Shown piece after piece: positions 1 through 10,788 of a stretch of DNA of 64,000 nt. Position 1 is the stretch's first letter; the number at the start of each line of letters is the position of its first letter. Below the pieces are notes generated by a model. It saw only the letters and a program-made list of their open reading frames with translations. It had not been told where the DNA came from and made no database searches. Source of the DNA: an uncultured Chloroflexia bacterium (GTDB taxonomy: Bacteria; Chloroflexota; Anaerolineae; CG2-30-64-16); assembly GCA_963810095.1 (NCBI GenBank), contig CAWEMM010000014.1, positions 264,099 to 328,098 on the forward strand, in the 5' to 3' direction. The position numbers and the translations under genes are program-made.

Positions 1-1799
1 GACCGCCGGGGACCGGTCCGCTGGATCATTTCGCATCTGGCCCGCTATCCGCACTTCCCGCTGCTGGCGCTGCTTGCTGCCATCTTCAACAACTTCTTCT
101 ACAGCGAGATCCAGGTCATCATCGGCCGCGCCTTCGACCTGATCAGCCAGCCGGCCTGGTTGCCCTCGGCCCTGCTCGCGCTGGCGCTGCTCGCGCTCGT
201 CGTGGCAGTCGGGCAGGGGCTCACCGGGCTTGCTGCGCAACTACTCGGTCGAGTTCGTCGCCGCCCGCGTCGAGCGCGACGCCCGCGACGAGCTGTACGC
301 CAGCCTGCTGGGCAAGAGCCAGACCTTCCACGGCCGGCAGCGCATCGGCGACATCATGGCGCGGCACGACGAACGACGTGCACATGCTCAACCTCATGTT
401 CAGCCCCGGCCTCATGCTGATCCTTGATTCGAGCCATGGCCGTCGTGGTGCCGCTGATCCTCATCGCTCGCATGGATACCCGCCTGCTCATCGTGCCGGG
501 GGTGTTTCTGGTCTTCCTGGCCCTGACCCTGTTCGAGTACAACCGGCGCTTGAACCCGGTGAGCACGGCGATTCGCGAGCGCTTTGGCGACATGAATGCG
601 GGCCTGGCCGAAGCTATTGCCGGGGTCGAGGTGGTCAAGTCGAACGTGCAGGAGCGTTACGAGTGGGCGAAGTTCACCGGGAACGCCCGCCTCGTCCGCG
701 ACGCGACGGTGCGCCAAGGCGAGGTGCAGGCGCTCTACTGGCCGACCCTGGTATTTGCCTTTGCCTGGGCGGCCGCGCTGCTGCAGGGGCTGCTCATGTG
801 GCAGGCCGGCGAGCTGAGCCTGGGCACCGTCATCGCGTATCTCGGCCTGGTGGGCACCCTGCGCTTCCCGACCAACATGTCGATTTTTACCTTCAACCTC
901 GTCCAGCTGGGCCTGGCGAGCGCGCGCCGCATCCTCGAGACGGTCAACACCGAGACGGAGCTGGACGAGAACCCGGCCGGTGTCGTCCAGCCGATGCACG
1001 GGGAGGTGGCCTTCGACGGCGTCAGCTTTGGCTATGCTTCTGCCGCAGACGTCTCAGGGAACGGCAGAGACGTCCTCCGAGACCGTCGAATCCCTGGCGG
1101 CAAGCCCGCGGCGGCGTTCTGAAAGATGTCACCTTCTCCGTGCGCCCGGGCGAGACATTGCCATCGTCGGCCAGACCGGCTCGGGCAAGTCCACGCTGAC
1201 GCGGCTGATCAACCGGATCTTCGATGCGGAGCGCGGGGCGCGTGCTGGTCGACGACATCGACGTGCGCGACTGGAACCTCGAATCGCTGCGCTCGCAGAT
1301 CTCCTTCATCGAGCAGGACCCGTTCCTTTTCTCGCGCACGATTCGGGAGAACATTGCGTTTGGCCGGCCAGACGCGAGCGAAGAGGAGATCATGGCGGCC
1401 AGCCGGGCTGCGCAGGCGCACGACTTCATCCTGTCGTTCAAGGACGGGTATGACACGGAGGTGGGCGAACGCGGGGTGACGCTCTCGGGCGGACAGCGCC
1501 AGCGCATCGCCATCGCCCGCGCCTTCCTGACCGACCCCCGCGTCCTGATCCTGGACGACAGCACGAGCGCGATTGACAGCGAGACGGAGGACCAGATCCA
1601 GCGCGCGATGCGCCGCATCAGCCGCTCACGTACCACGTTCCTGATCACGCACCGGCTGAGCCAGATCCGCTGGGCCGACCGCATCCTCGTGCTGCGCCGT
1701 GGCGAGCTGGTCGACCAGGGCACGCATGAGGAGCTGATGCGGCGCAGCCCCGACTACGCCCGCATTTTTGCGGCCCGCAACTTCGCCGGGACTAACTGA
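1..1799 (+). CDS. ABC exporter, fused permease/ATPase (heterodimer subunit 1); 5'-truncated by the window, several frameshifts
   Basis: TM segments, then Walker A GQTGSGKS, signature LSGGQRQR and Walker B LILDD spread over ORFs 230-427, 424-1122, 980-1453 and 1224-1799. Confidence 0.9.
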
Positions 1800-3643
1800 T
1801 GGGTTTCATTCTCGACGGCCTCGAAAGCGAGGCATACGACCGCCAATACGGCGACCGCGAGCTGCTGCGCCGGGTGCTGACCTATTTCCGGCCGCACACG
1901 AAGCGCATGCTGCTCGTCGCGGTCGCGCTGACCCTGAACTCGCTGGCCGGCAGCGGCGGTCCGATCCTGATTTCGTCGGGCATCGACATGGTCGAAAAGA
2001 ACCCGTCGCGGCAAGCCATCTTCCTGCTTGCGGGCGGCGTCCTGCTGCTCGGCATCGCGGCCTGGGTGTTCAACTTCATCCAGCAGTGGTTCTCGGCTCG
2101 CGTCGTCGGCGACGTGGTGCTGAAGATTCGTGAGGACGTTTTTGCCGCCACCATCCGGCACGATATGTCGTTCTACGACGAGCACCCGTCGGGCAAGGTC
2201 GTGAGCCGGGTGACCTCGGACACGCAGGACCTGTCGGACGTGGTGACACTGATTACCAGCCTCATCAGCCAGGTGATGTTGGTGCTGTTCCTGGCTTTCT
2301 GGCTTTTCAGAATCGACGCCCGCCTGACGGTGGCGCTGTTCCTCATGGCGCCGCTGGCCGCGTTCATCGCTCTGAGCTTCCGGCGCATCGCACGCACCGT
2401 CACCCAACGCGCGCGGCGGGTGACCGCGAAGATCAACGCGCAGATCCAGGAATCGGTCAGCGGGATCGTCGTGGCGAAGAGCTTCCGCCAGGAGCGGGCC
2501 ATCTACCAGGCCTTCGCAGATAACAACCGCCAGGCGTACGGGGTGACGCTGCGGCGGGGCATCACGCTGGACACGATCTTTCCGATCATCGCCACCTTCT
2601 CGGGCATCAGCGTCGCGATCCTGATCTATTTCGGCGGCATGGCGACCCGCGGCCCGAACGGCATTACGACCGGCAACTGGTACCTCTTCATGCAGTCGGT
2701 CGGCTTCTTCTGGTGGCCGGTCATCGGCATTGCGTCGTTCTGGAGCCAGTTCCAGGATGGGCTGGCCGCGTCCGAGCGGGTCTTTGCACTGATCGACGCG
2801 GAGCCCAAGGTGGTGCAGAACGCGGCGGAGCCGGTGACCCGGCTGACCGGCGACGTGCGATTCGAGCACGTTCAGTTCACCTATACGCCGAACGTTGAAG
2901 AAAGCCGCGGCGGCGAGGTGGTCCTGCCGGACTTCAACCTGCACATCCGCCCGCAGGAGACGGTGGCGCTGGTCGGCCACACGGGCGCCGGGAAGAGCAG
3001 CGTGGGGCGGCTGGTGGCCCGCTTCTACGAGTTCCAGGGCGGGGCGATCCTGGTCGACGGCGGGGCATCAGGGACGCACGATATCCGCTCGCTCGACCTG
3101 CAGGCCTACCGCCGGGAGGTCGGCATCGTGCCGCAGGAGCCCTTCCTGTTCTCCGGCACGCTGCGCGATAACATCCGCTACGCCCGGCCCGAGGCGACGG
3201 ACGCCGAGGTCGCGGCGGCCGCGCGGCGAGTGGCGGGTGGCGAATGGGTGGACGATTTACCGCACGGCCTCGACACCGACGTGGGCGAGCGCGGTTCGAG
3301 CCTGTCGATGGGGCAACGGCAGCTGACCGTGCTGGCGCGGGTGGTGCTGAAGGACCCGGCGATTTTCATCCTGGACGAGGCGACCGCGAGCGTGGACCCG
3401 TTTACGGAGATGCAGATCCAGGAAGGGCTGGCCGAGGTGATGGCCGACCGGACGGCGATCGTCATCGCGCACCGGCTGTCGACCGTGGTGGCTGCCGACC
3501 GGATCATCGTGATGGACCATGGGGAGATCATCGAGGAAGGGAACCACGAGGAACTGATGGTGCGCGGCGGACATTACGCGACGCTGTATGACACCTACTT
3601 CCGGCACCAGTCCATCGAATACGTGGAGGCGCAGCGGGCATGA
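1799..3643 (+). CDS. ABC exporter, fused permease/ATPase (heterodimer subunit 2)
   Basis: 614 aa; TMD, GHTGAGKS, LSMGQRQ, FILDEAT; ATG overlaps the upstream stop. Confidence 0.95.
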   Translation: MGFILDGLESEAYDRQYGDRELLRRVLTYFRPHTKRMLLVAVALTLNSLAGSGGPILISSGIDMVEKNPSRQAIFLLAGGVLLLGIAAWVFNFIQQWFSARVVGDVVLKIREDVFAATIRHDMSFYDEHPSGKVVSRVTSDTQDLSDVVTLITSLISQVMLVLFLAFWLFRIDARLTVALFLMAPLAAFIALSFRRIARTVTQRARRVTAKINAQIQESVSGIVVAKSFRQERAIYQAFADNNRQAYGVTLRRGITLDTIFPIIATFSGISVAILIYFGGMATRGPNGITTGNWYLFMQSVGFFWWPVIGIASFWSQFQDGLAASERVFALIDAEPKVVQNAAEPVTRLTGDVRFEHVQFTYTPNVEESRGGEVVLPDFNLHIRPQETVALVGHTGAGKSSVGRLVARFYEFQGGAILVDGGASGTHDIRSLDLQAYRREVGIVPQEPFLFSGTLRDNIRYARPEATDAEVAAAARRVAGGEWVDDLPHGLDTDVGERGSSLSMGQRQLTVLARVVLKDPAIFILDEATASVDPFTEMQIQEGLAEVMADRTAIVIAHRLSTVVAADRIIVMDHGEIIEEGNHEELMVRGGHYATLYDTYFRHQSIEYVEAQRA

Positions 3644-3705
3644 CGCAGAGCGGGGGCGGGGCGCGGCCGTACGCGGCTGCCCCCTGCGCGGTGCCGCCGG
3701 TCGCG

Positions 3706-4851
3706 TCAGCCGGCCGAGTAGATTGCCAGGATGTTTTCGAGCGGCGTCTCGGGAACGGCCTCGTGCGACGGGCCGAGGACCAGCCCGCCGCGTGCGCCCC
3801 ACAGATCGCGCGCTCGCTGCACCTCTGAGCGCACCTGCTGCGGCGACCCGCTCACCAGGAGCTTTTGCACGTCGATGCCGCCGCTGATGCAGACGTCGCG
3901 CCCGTACCTGGCATAGACCGTCGCGAGGTCCATGTCGCGCGCCGAAGTTTGGACGACGTCGAAGACGTCGATCCCCGCGTCGATCATCATCGGCAGCACT
4001 TCGTGCACGCTGCCGCAGCAATGCCAGCTGAACACCAGCCCGTAGCGTTTGACCTCGGCGATCATCTCCCGGTAGAGCGGCTGGAAGTACTTCCGGAACA
4101 GCGCCGGCGCAAACATGATGTGCTCTTGCCCGGCCACGTCGTCCCACGACGCATACAGGTTGGCCGCATGACCGAAAGCCGCGAGCGAACGCCTCGAAAA
4201 CTCCAGGCAGAACTCTCCGACTTCGCCGATCAGCCGCTCGGCCAGCCCCTTGTCGAGCACCATATCCATCAGGAATTGCTCCATCCCCCGCAGGTAGGAA
4301 CAGATCATGAATAGGTTGTTGAGGACGCCCATGCAGACGACGTGCTGCTCGCGGCCCGCCAGCGTGTCACAGGCCAACGCGCTCTCCTCCTGCCCGTGTT
4401 TGGCCTGCCGGTTGACCATGCAGGAGAAGTCGAAGTCGGCCAACCGGTGCATCAGGAAGCCCGCAGGGAGGTCGCTCGCGCGCTCCACACGCGCAAGCGG
4501 CGGATCGGCATACGCGGGATACTCGAACCCAAGCTCGTCCACCCCGCCCGAAATCGCGGGGATGCCGAGCGTGTAGAAGTAAGCGCCGTCAGGGACGTAG
4601 CGCCCGGCCGGCGCGGGCCCCCGGTAGGCGGGCAGGAAGGTGGCCCAGGCGTCGACGCGCGAGCCCGAGGCCCAGAAGTCCGCGCCGAGACAGTCGAGAA
4701 GCGCCTCGGCCGCCCCGAGACCGCCGGCCGGATCGAGATCGAAGTGGGCCATCAAGCGGCGCACGAGGACCTTCGATCCTCGGAAATGCGTCGGGATCCG
4801 GTCGACCGGCCGGCGCCCCGCAGCAGCCAGATAGCGCTCTCTGCCGTTCAC
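3706..4851 (-). CDS. Uroporphyrinogen decarboxylase / MtaA-CmuA-like family protein
   Basis: N-terminal MNGRER..DRIP, HCCG motif, GGIDVQ, C-terminal PSH..PETPLENI. Confidence 0.88.
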   Translation of the reverse strand: MNGRERYLAAAGRRPVDRIPTHFRGSKVLVRRLMAHFDLDPAGGLGAAEALLDCLGADFWASGSRVDAWATFLPAYRGPAPAGRYVPDGAYFYTLGIPAISGGVDELGFEYPAYADPPLARVERASDLPAGFLMHRLADFDFSCMVNRQAKHGQEESALACDTLAGREQHVVCMGVLNNLFMICSYLRGMEQFLMDMVLDKGLAERLIGEVGEFCLEFSRRSLAAFGHAANLYASWDDVAGQEHIMFAPALFRKYFQPLYREMIAEVKRYGLVFSWHCCGSVHEVLPMMIDAGIDVFDVVQTSARDMDLATVYARYGRDVCISGGIDVQKLLVSGSPQQVRSEVQRARDLWGARGGLVLGPSHEAVPETPLENILAIYSAG

Positions 4852-4869
4852 CTGTGTCCCCCGTCTCCG

Positions 4870-6417
4870 TCAGCCCAGGAAGCGGTCGTAGAGTTGATGG
4901 TTGACCGGCGCCAGGGCGCCGTAGAGCTGCTTGTAGATCGGGAAGAGCTCGGCGTAGCGAGCGGTCACCTTGAGATCCGGCTCGAAGGTCACGCCCGGCT
5001 TCCACACATGCTCGAAGGCATCCTGTTCGTCCCGGTAGATGCCGACCCCGATGCCCCCCAGCAGGGCGGCGCCCATCGGCGTTGCGTCTTCCACCGCGGG
5101 CACTTCGATCACCTGCCCGACCATGTCCGCCTTGTTCTGCATCCAGAACTTGTTGCGCACCGCACCGCCGACGACCACCAGCTTCTCGAACGGGACGTTC
5201 ATCTCGTTCTGCATCGTCTTCACGACGTCGAGGAACTGGTAGTCCAGCCCTTCGATGATCGCGCGCAGCATATCGCCCTTTTCGACAAAGTTGCTTAACC
5301 CCACAAAGCCGGCCAGCGAGCGGTTGTCCACCGTCGGGCAGCCCGCGCCCGACATGTGGGGGAGGAACATGACCCCACGCGCACCCACGGGAGACTGGGC
5401 CGCCTCCGCCATCAGGTAATCCCAGTCCACACCGCCCGAGGTCTCCGCCTGGCGCTTGGCCTCGAACCCGTACTGCTTGCGATACCACTCCAGCATGTCG
5501 GACGAGACTGCGCCGCCCCAGACGGCAAACAGGTTCCGCGCGACATGCGCCTCCACGGTCACCCCGGCCCGCTGCGCCTGGGGCGTGAGGACGGGGGCCG
5601 GCGTCGAGGCCAGAACGACTTCCCAGGTGCCGCTGACGTCGAGGATGGCGCCCGGCTTGATGGCGCCGACCGGCAGCGCGCCGCACAGATAGTCGTGCCC
5701 TCCGAGCACGACGGGCGTGCCGGGCGCCAGCCCTGTGGCCTCCGCCGCATCCGGCGTAACGCCGCCGATGACCGTGCCGCTGGGGAACGCATCGCAGAGA
5801 ATCCGCCTGTCAATCCCCGACAGGGCCAACATCTCGTCCGACCAATTCAGGTTGCACTGGTCGAACAAGAGCGTGCACGAGGCCATGGTGTAATCTGTCG
5901 CGGCGACGCCGCACAGCATGTAATTAACGAAATCCTCGATGAGCAGCCACTTGTGCGTTCGCTTCAGGATCTCGGGCTCGTGCTCGGCCATCCACAGCAG
6001 CCGCAGCGCGGTGGAGAAGCGCCAGAGCGTGTTGCCGCCAATCGAGAAGGTCTTTTCCGCGCCGATGTGCTTGACCCACCAGTCAAACTGCGGCTGAGTG
6101 CGCGGGCAGTGCCAGCTGATCATGGGGTAGAGCCAGTTCCCGTGTTCGTCGATGGGCAGGCCGTCCATCCCCATGCCGGTGACCGCAATCGCTTTTACGT
6201 CGCGCGGATCGCCGACCGCGGCCATGGCATCCTTCAGCGCGGCCGCGCTTCCGCCCCAGATCTGTTCGGGCTGCCACACGGTCCACTCGGGGTGGAGCGG
6301 ATCGGGATGGAAGCGTTCGGTTGGCCGCGAGCCGCTCGCGATGACATTGCCCTGCGTATCGTAGATGACGGCCTTGAGGCTGGTCGAGCCCAGGTCAATC
6401 CCTGCCAGATAAGCCAT
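4870..6417 (-). CDS. FGGY-family carbohydrate kinase (xylulokinase/fuculokinase-like)
   Basis: GIDLGSTSLK, GGHD, SGTW, GGAVRN motifs; 515 aa. Confidence 0.92.
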   Translation of the reverse strand: MAYLAGIDLGSTSLKAVIYDTQGNVIASGSRPTERFHPDPLHPEWTVWQPEQIWGGSAAALKDAMAAVGDPRDVKAIAVTGMGMDGLPIDEHGNWLYPMISWHCPRTQPQFDWWVKHIGAEKTFSIGGNTLWRFSTALRLLWMAEHEPEILKRTHKWLLIEDFVNYMLCGVAATDYTMASCTLLFDQCNLNWSDEMLALSGIDRRILCDAFPSGTVIGGVTPDAAEATGLAPGTPVVLGGHDYLCGALPVGAIKPGAILDVSGTWEVVLASTPAPVLTPQAQRAGVTVEAHVARNLFAVWGGAVSSDMLEWYRKQYGFEAKRQAETSGGVDWDYLMAEAAQSPVGARGVMFLPHMSGAGCPTVDNRSLAGFVGLSNFVEKGDMLRAIIEGLDYQFLDVVKTMQNEMNVPFEKLVVVGGAVRNKFWMQNKADMVGQVIEVPAVEDATPMGAALLGGIGVGIYRDEQDAFEHVWKPGVTFEPDLKVTARYAELFPIYKQLYGALAPVNHQLYDRFLG

Positions 6418-6457
6418 GCCTGCACCTCCCTGTGTCCGCTACCGCGGCTTGTCGCGC

Positions 6458-7483
6458 TCAGTATCGCCCGAACTGCCGAAGCGTCTGCATCATTGCCGCG
6501 TAGTTTTCCGGCTTCACGCCCGAGTGAATGCTGTTGCTCGAGGACAAGATGTAGCCGCCGCCCGGCATGCCCTCGCGCAGCGCCTGCTTGGTGGCCTCTA
6601 CCGTCTCTTCCACGCTGCCGAAGGTCAGCAGGTCGGCGCAGTCGACGTTGCCCTTGATGGCGATGCGATGGCCGTACTTCGCCTTGACCTCAGGAATGCT
6701 CATGCCGCCCTTTGGGTCGATCGGATCGAGGCAGTCGATGCCCGAGTCGATGATCATATCCAGGATGGGCCACAGGTTGCCGTCGGTGTGCTTGATCACC
6801 AGCAGCCCGAGGTCCTTGTAGCCGCCCATGACCCGGCAGAGCCCGGGATAAAACAGCTTGCGGAAATGGCGGGGCGACATCAGCGGTCCTTTGCTCGAAC
6901 AATAGTCGTCGCCCGTATAGACGATCTTCACGCCCCGCGCCACTAACTCCTTGGCCATGACGAGGTTAATGTCCACCGACATGTCGACGAGTCCCTGGAC
7001 TAACGCAGGCTCGCCCGCAATCGCCATGAGCAGGTTCTCCATGCCCATGAGATAGCGCGGGAGCGAGAAGACGTCGTTGAGGTGCACGACGACCGCGTAT
7101 TGGTCGCCGTATTCGGCAAGCGCCTTCTCTACCGACGCATAGCGGCCCGGCTTCAATGGGTCAGGCGGCGCATAGCGCTCGAAGTCCGCCATCGTCGCGA
7201 TGGGCGACTCCACTTCGATGCCATGTTCCTCCTGCGTCTTCTGGCCCACGTAGCCCCACTCGCTGCGATAGCGCCCATCTTCGAGCGGCTCTTTCGTGAA
7301 ATTGGGGTCGACGAGGACCGCGTCGTGGCCCATCCGAACCGCGAAATCATTGTGATCGCGACAGCCCGGCAGCAGCGCGTCGCGCACCTTCCGGTCGACC
7401 AGCCATTCAAAGTGTGGCACCCGGTCTGGCTCCTGTCGCTGCAGCGCGGCCATGACGCGTTCTTTTGAGGTCATTTCGGACAA
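6458..7483 (-). CDS. URO-D / MtaA-CmuA-like family protein
   Basis: MTSKERV..EPDRVP, GDD, HTDG, GNVD, GGGYILSSSNSIH. Confidence 0.9.
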   Translation of the reverse strand: MSEMTSKERVMAALQRQEPDRVPHFEWLVDRKVRDALLPGCRDHNDFAVRMGHDAVLVDPNFTKEPLEDGRYRSEWGYVGQKTQEEHGIEVESPIATMADFERYAPPDPLKPGRYASVEKALAEYGDQYAVVVHLNDVFSLPRYLMGMENLLMAIAGEPALVQGLVDMSVDINLVMAKELVARGVKIVYTGDDYCSSKGPLMSPRHFRKLFYPGLCRVMGGYKDLGLLVIKHTDGNLWPILDMIIDSGIDCLDPIDPKGGMSIPEVKAKYGHRIAIKGNVDCADLLTFGSVEETVEATKQALREGMPGGGYILSSSNSIHSGVKPENYAAMMQTLRQFGRY

Positions 7484-7538
7484 TTGATTAACCCTCCGTT
7501 GCTGTGCTGGTGCCGGCTGCGCTCGACTCTCACTGTGG

Positions 7539-8501
7539 TCAGCACAGAGCGAGGACCGCTTCTGCCGCCAGATCGTCGATGATTAGCCAGTCGATGACGC
7601 CGCTGCGTACGGCGCCAAGGATCGCGGGGGCCTTGGCCTTTCCCGAGGCCACCGCGATGACGTTCGGGAAGCGGTTGAGGTCGGTCCAGTCGACGCCGAT
7701 AACGCAGGAGTTGAACCAGGGAATCTCCACGTACTCCCCGTTCAAATCATAAAAGGAGGAACAGACCGCCCCGACAACCCCCTGGCGGTCAAGCCGCCGG
7801 AGTTCCTCGTATGAGATGTAGCCTGAGTGATACTGGGTCGAAACCCCGGGAACGATGGAGCCGATGCCGACCAGGGCAATATCCGACTGTTTTGCCAGCT
7901 CCAGCACCTCGCGCACCGACCGGTCTTCCCGCAGCGCCTCCGCGACGCTTGCACTATCCACTCGCATGGGTGCGTTAAGGTAGTAGTGCTGTGCGCCGAA
8001 GATCTCGCCTGCTCGCCGCACCTGCTCCGGGCCGTCGATCGTCGCATGTGGCGCGCCCACCCCCCCGAGCAACTGCACGACCTTGAGGTTTGGCAGGCGC
8101 TTCGGCCGCAATTCACGTATTACGGTATGCACCGTGGTCCCCCACGACAGGCCGAGCGTCATCCCGTCGTGGAGCATCCTGTCGAGGGCGGTCACGGCGA
8201 GGCGGCCCAGTTGGCGGCGCACTTCATCGTCGCTGGTGTTCCGGCACTCGACGACCGACACTTCCTTCAGGGCAAAGGTGCGGGTGAACCGCTCCTCCAA
8301 CTCGGGCACGGTCGGTATGGGTGGGTGCACCCGTATTTCGACGATGCCAAGCTCGCGCGCCTCGAGAAGGAGTCGCGAGATTGACGGCCGCGACAGGCCC
8401 ACCAACTTCGCGATTTCATCCTGAGAGAGGCCGTCGGCGTAATAGCGCTGGGCGATCTCTGCGATCAACTGCAGACGGTCAAGCGATAGCTGCTCTGCCA
8501 T
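7539..8501 (-). CDS. SorC/DeoR-family sugar-binding transcriptional regulator
   Basis: YY.DGLSQDEIAK.GLSRPSISRLL HTH, GLSWGTT, LVGIG, ASGKAKA. Confidence 0.93.
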   Translation of the reverse strand: MAEQLSLDRLQLIAEIAQRYYADGLSQDEIAKLVGLSRPSISRLLLEARELGIVEIRVHPPIPTVPELEERFTRTFALKEVSVVECRNTSDDEVRRQLGRLAVTALDRMLHDGMTLGLSWGTTVHTVIRELRPKRLPNLKVVQLLGGVGAPHATIDGPEQVRRAGEIFGAQHYYLNAPMRVDSASVAEALREDRSVREVLELAKQSDIALVGIGSIVPGVSTQYHSGYISYEELRRLDRQGVVGAVCSSFYDLNGEYVEIPWFNSCVIGVDWTDLNRFPNVIAVASGKAKAPAILGAVRSGVIDWLIIDDLAAEAVLALC

Positions 8502-8562
8502 GCTCTTACCTCTGAACCCGTATTCGACTCGTTGCGTGCCACTTCACAATATTATCACAGAC

Positions 8563-9564
8563 TCATGCTTCGGCCTGGGTTAAGACGCGCTCCGCTGCTG
8601 CGTCATCCGTTACGAGCACATCCGGGATTCCGGTTCGCAGCGCGCCCAGGATCGCGTCGGCCTTCCCACGCCCACCTGCGACGGCCAAAACCGTCCCGTA
8701 CTGCTGCAGATGATCCCAACTCGGCCCGATGGTACACGCCTCGAGCCTGTGCAGTGGCGTGCGGCGCCCCTGCAGGTCGAAGTAGTATTGGCAAAACGCG
8801 CCCACCGACCCTCGGGCGCGCAGATCGTCCAGCTCGGACAGCGAGACGTAGCCCGCCTGGTGCGTCGTGCTGGTCTCCGCCTCGGTCGTGCCGATCCCGA
8901 GCAGCGCGATGTCGGAGCGCCCTGCCAGCTCCAACACCTCGGCGATCGAGTGGTCAGAGCGCAGCGCCGCCGCCACCTCGGCGGAGCTGACGATGAGGGG
9001 AGCATTGATGTAGAAGTGCTGGGCCTGCAGGACGGCCGCGGCCCTGCGCACTTGCTCGGCCGCGTCGATCTGCCGGTAGCTCATTCCCACGCTGCCGACC
9101 AGTTGGACGACTCGCACGCCGGTCAGCGCCCTTGGAGACAGCGCCCTCACTACGGCCTGGCTCGCCGTGCCCCAAGCGATGCCGACGACCATATTATCCT
9201 TGAGCAGTTCGCCCAAGACAAGCGCCCCCAGGCTGCCCAGGAGCGACAGCACCTCCGCGTCGGTGGCCGTCCGGCGCGCCAGCACGCGCGCCCCGCGCAG
9301 CCCGAAACAGCGGACGAGCCGCGTCTCCAACTCGGGCACGGTGGGGATGGGCGGCTTCAGGCTGATCTCCACAATGCCGAGCTTCTTGGCTTCGTCGAGC
9401 AGGCGGGCGACCGCGGACCTTGAAATTCCTGCGCGCGCGCCGACTTGCTCCTGCGACAGCCCTTCGAGGTAGTACCACTGCGCGACGTCGGCCGTCAGCC
9501 GGAGCCTGTGCCCACTCTCGGGCCCCACGTTGGGCATATCGAGCACCTCACCGATCAGGGACAC
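8563..9564 (-). CDS. SorC/DeoR-family sugar-binding transcriptional regulator (paralogue)
   Basis: WYYLEGLSQEQVG HTH, GIAWGTA, LLGIG; shares PPIPTVPELE with its neighbour. Confidence 0.92.
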   Translation of the reverse strand: MSLIGEVLDMPNVGPESGHRLRLTADVAQWYYLEGLSQEQVGARAGISRSAVARLLDEAKKLGIVEISLKPPIPTVPELETRLVRCFGLRGARVLARRTATDAEVLSLLGSLGALVLGELLKDNMVVGIAWGTASQAVVRALSPRALTGVRVVQLVGSVGMSYRQIDAAEQVRRAAAVLQAQHFYINAPLIVSSAEVAAALRSDHSIAEVLELAGRSDIALLGIGTTEAETSTTHQAGYVSLSELDDLRARGSVGAFCQYYFDLQGRRTPLHRLEACTIGPSWDHLQQYGTVLAVAGGRGKADAILGALRTGIPDVLVTDDAAAERVLTQAEA

Positions 9565-9594
9565 GGCATATGCAAAATGCCTTGTCCCTACACT

Positions 9595-10788
9595 CTAGTG
9601 GTCCATCGCCAATAGGAACTCCCGCGAGTAGGCGCGTTCGATAGGATACCGTCCGTATTCCACTCCGGCACGGGCAAGCGCCAGGGCATTCTGGCCCGGC
9701 ACGTCGGCCTGCAGGTTGTGAGTGGGGCACAGAATGTACCCCCCGCCCGGCGCGAACGACTCGATCTTTTGCCGCACCTCGGCGCTGACCTGCTCCTCAG
9801 TCCCGAAGGGGATGACTCCCTGCGTGTCCAACCCGCCGTGGAAGGAGATCCGGTCGCCGTAGGCTTCTTTCAGGCCCAGCGCGTTCATGCCTCGGGCGCG
9901 CGTCTGCACCGGGTCCAGCACGTCGACCCCAATCTCGATCAGGTCCGGGATGATCGGCGCCACCGCGCCGCACGTGTGCAGCATCAGCTTGCACTCGTAG
10001 TTCCCCAGGTCGGCCAGTCGTTCCTTCACCGCACAGTACACGTCGGCCAGGATGGGCTTGACCAGGCTGCGGAACACCCGAGGCGAGATGAGCATGCCCG
10101 TCTGGATTCCGAAATCCTCGCCGCCCAGGCGGACCACCGACAGGTACTTGCCGATGTGCTTCAGCCCTTCCAGATACACCTGCTTCTGGATGGCCGCGAC
10201 GCGGGTCATGAGCTCTCGGCAGAAGTCGGGGTCGGTCGCCACGTACATCAGCCAGTCGGCCTGGCCGGCCATGTAGTTGCCCATCTCCCAGATGTTGTCG
10301 CCGAGCCGCCCGCACAGCGCGTAGTCCGTCGTCTTGTACAGGTGTTGCACCTGGTCGCCCACCCCTTCATAGCGGGCGGGGTCCAGTGGATTGGGCCACG
10401 CATACGCGTCGAGCAATTCGAGCCGTGGCGCCTTGATGGGCCAGTCGTGGATTTCGAACTGGTCGCCCTGGTCGGGCCGGGTCACCTTCCTGAAGGTCAC
10501 GCCCCACTCGTCCGACCACTCGTCCATGGCGAAGCTGAAAGGCGCCCGGTTAGCGGGGCCGCGCACGCCGACCCAAACGAAGTCGACGCTCAGACGCTCG
10601 ATCACGTCGAGGCCCGGCTTCACGCGATCCCAGACGTCGGGCTTCAGGACCTCGTCAGGCAGGCCCAGGGCGTGCCGGGCGGCAGCATAAGGCACCTTGG
10701 TCCAGGTGATGTCGATGGGAACGCGGTCGGGCTCCTGATGATTGAGGGCCAGCCGCACGCGCTCTCGGGATGTTAGCTCTGATCTCAT
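9595..10788 (-). CDS. URO-D / MtaA-CmuA-like family protein
   Basis: TSRERV..EPDRVP, DEWG, HTCG, GGLDTQ, GGGYILCPTHN. Confidence 0.9.
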   Translation of the reverse strand: MRSELTSRERVRLALNHQEPDRVPIDITWTKVPYAAARHALGLPDEVLKPDVWDRVKPGLDVIERLSVDFVWVGVRGPANRAPFSFAMDEWSDEWGVTFRKVTRPDQGDQFEIHDWPIKAPRLELLDAYAWPNPLDPARYEGVGDQVQHLYKTTDYALCGRLGDNIWEMGNYMAGQADWLMYVATDPDFCRELMTRVAAIQKQVYLEGLKHIGKYLSVVRLGGEDFGIQTGMLISPRVFRSLVKPILADVYCAVKERLADLGNYECKLMLHTCGAVAPIIPDLIEIGVDVLDPVQTRARGMNALGLKEAYGDRISFHGGLDTQGVIPFGTEEQVSAEVRQKIESFAPGGGYILCPTHNLQADVPGQNALALARAGVEYGRYPIERAYSREFLLAMDH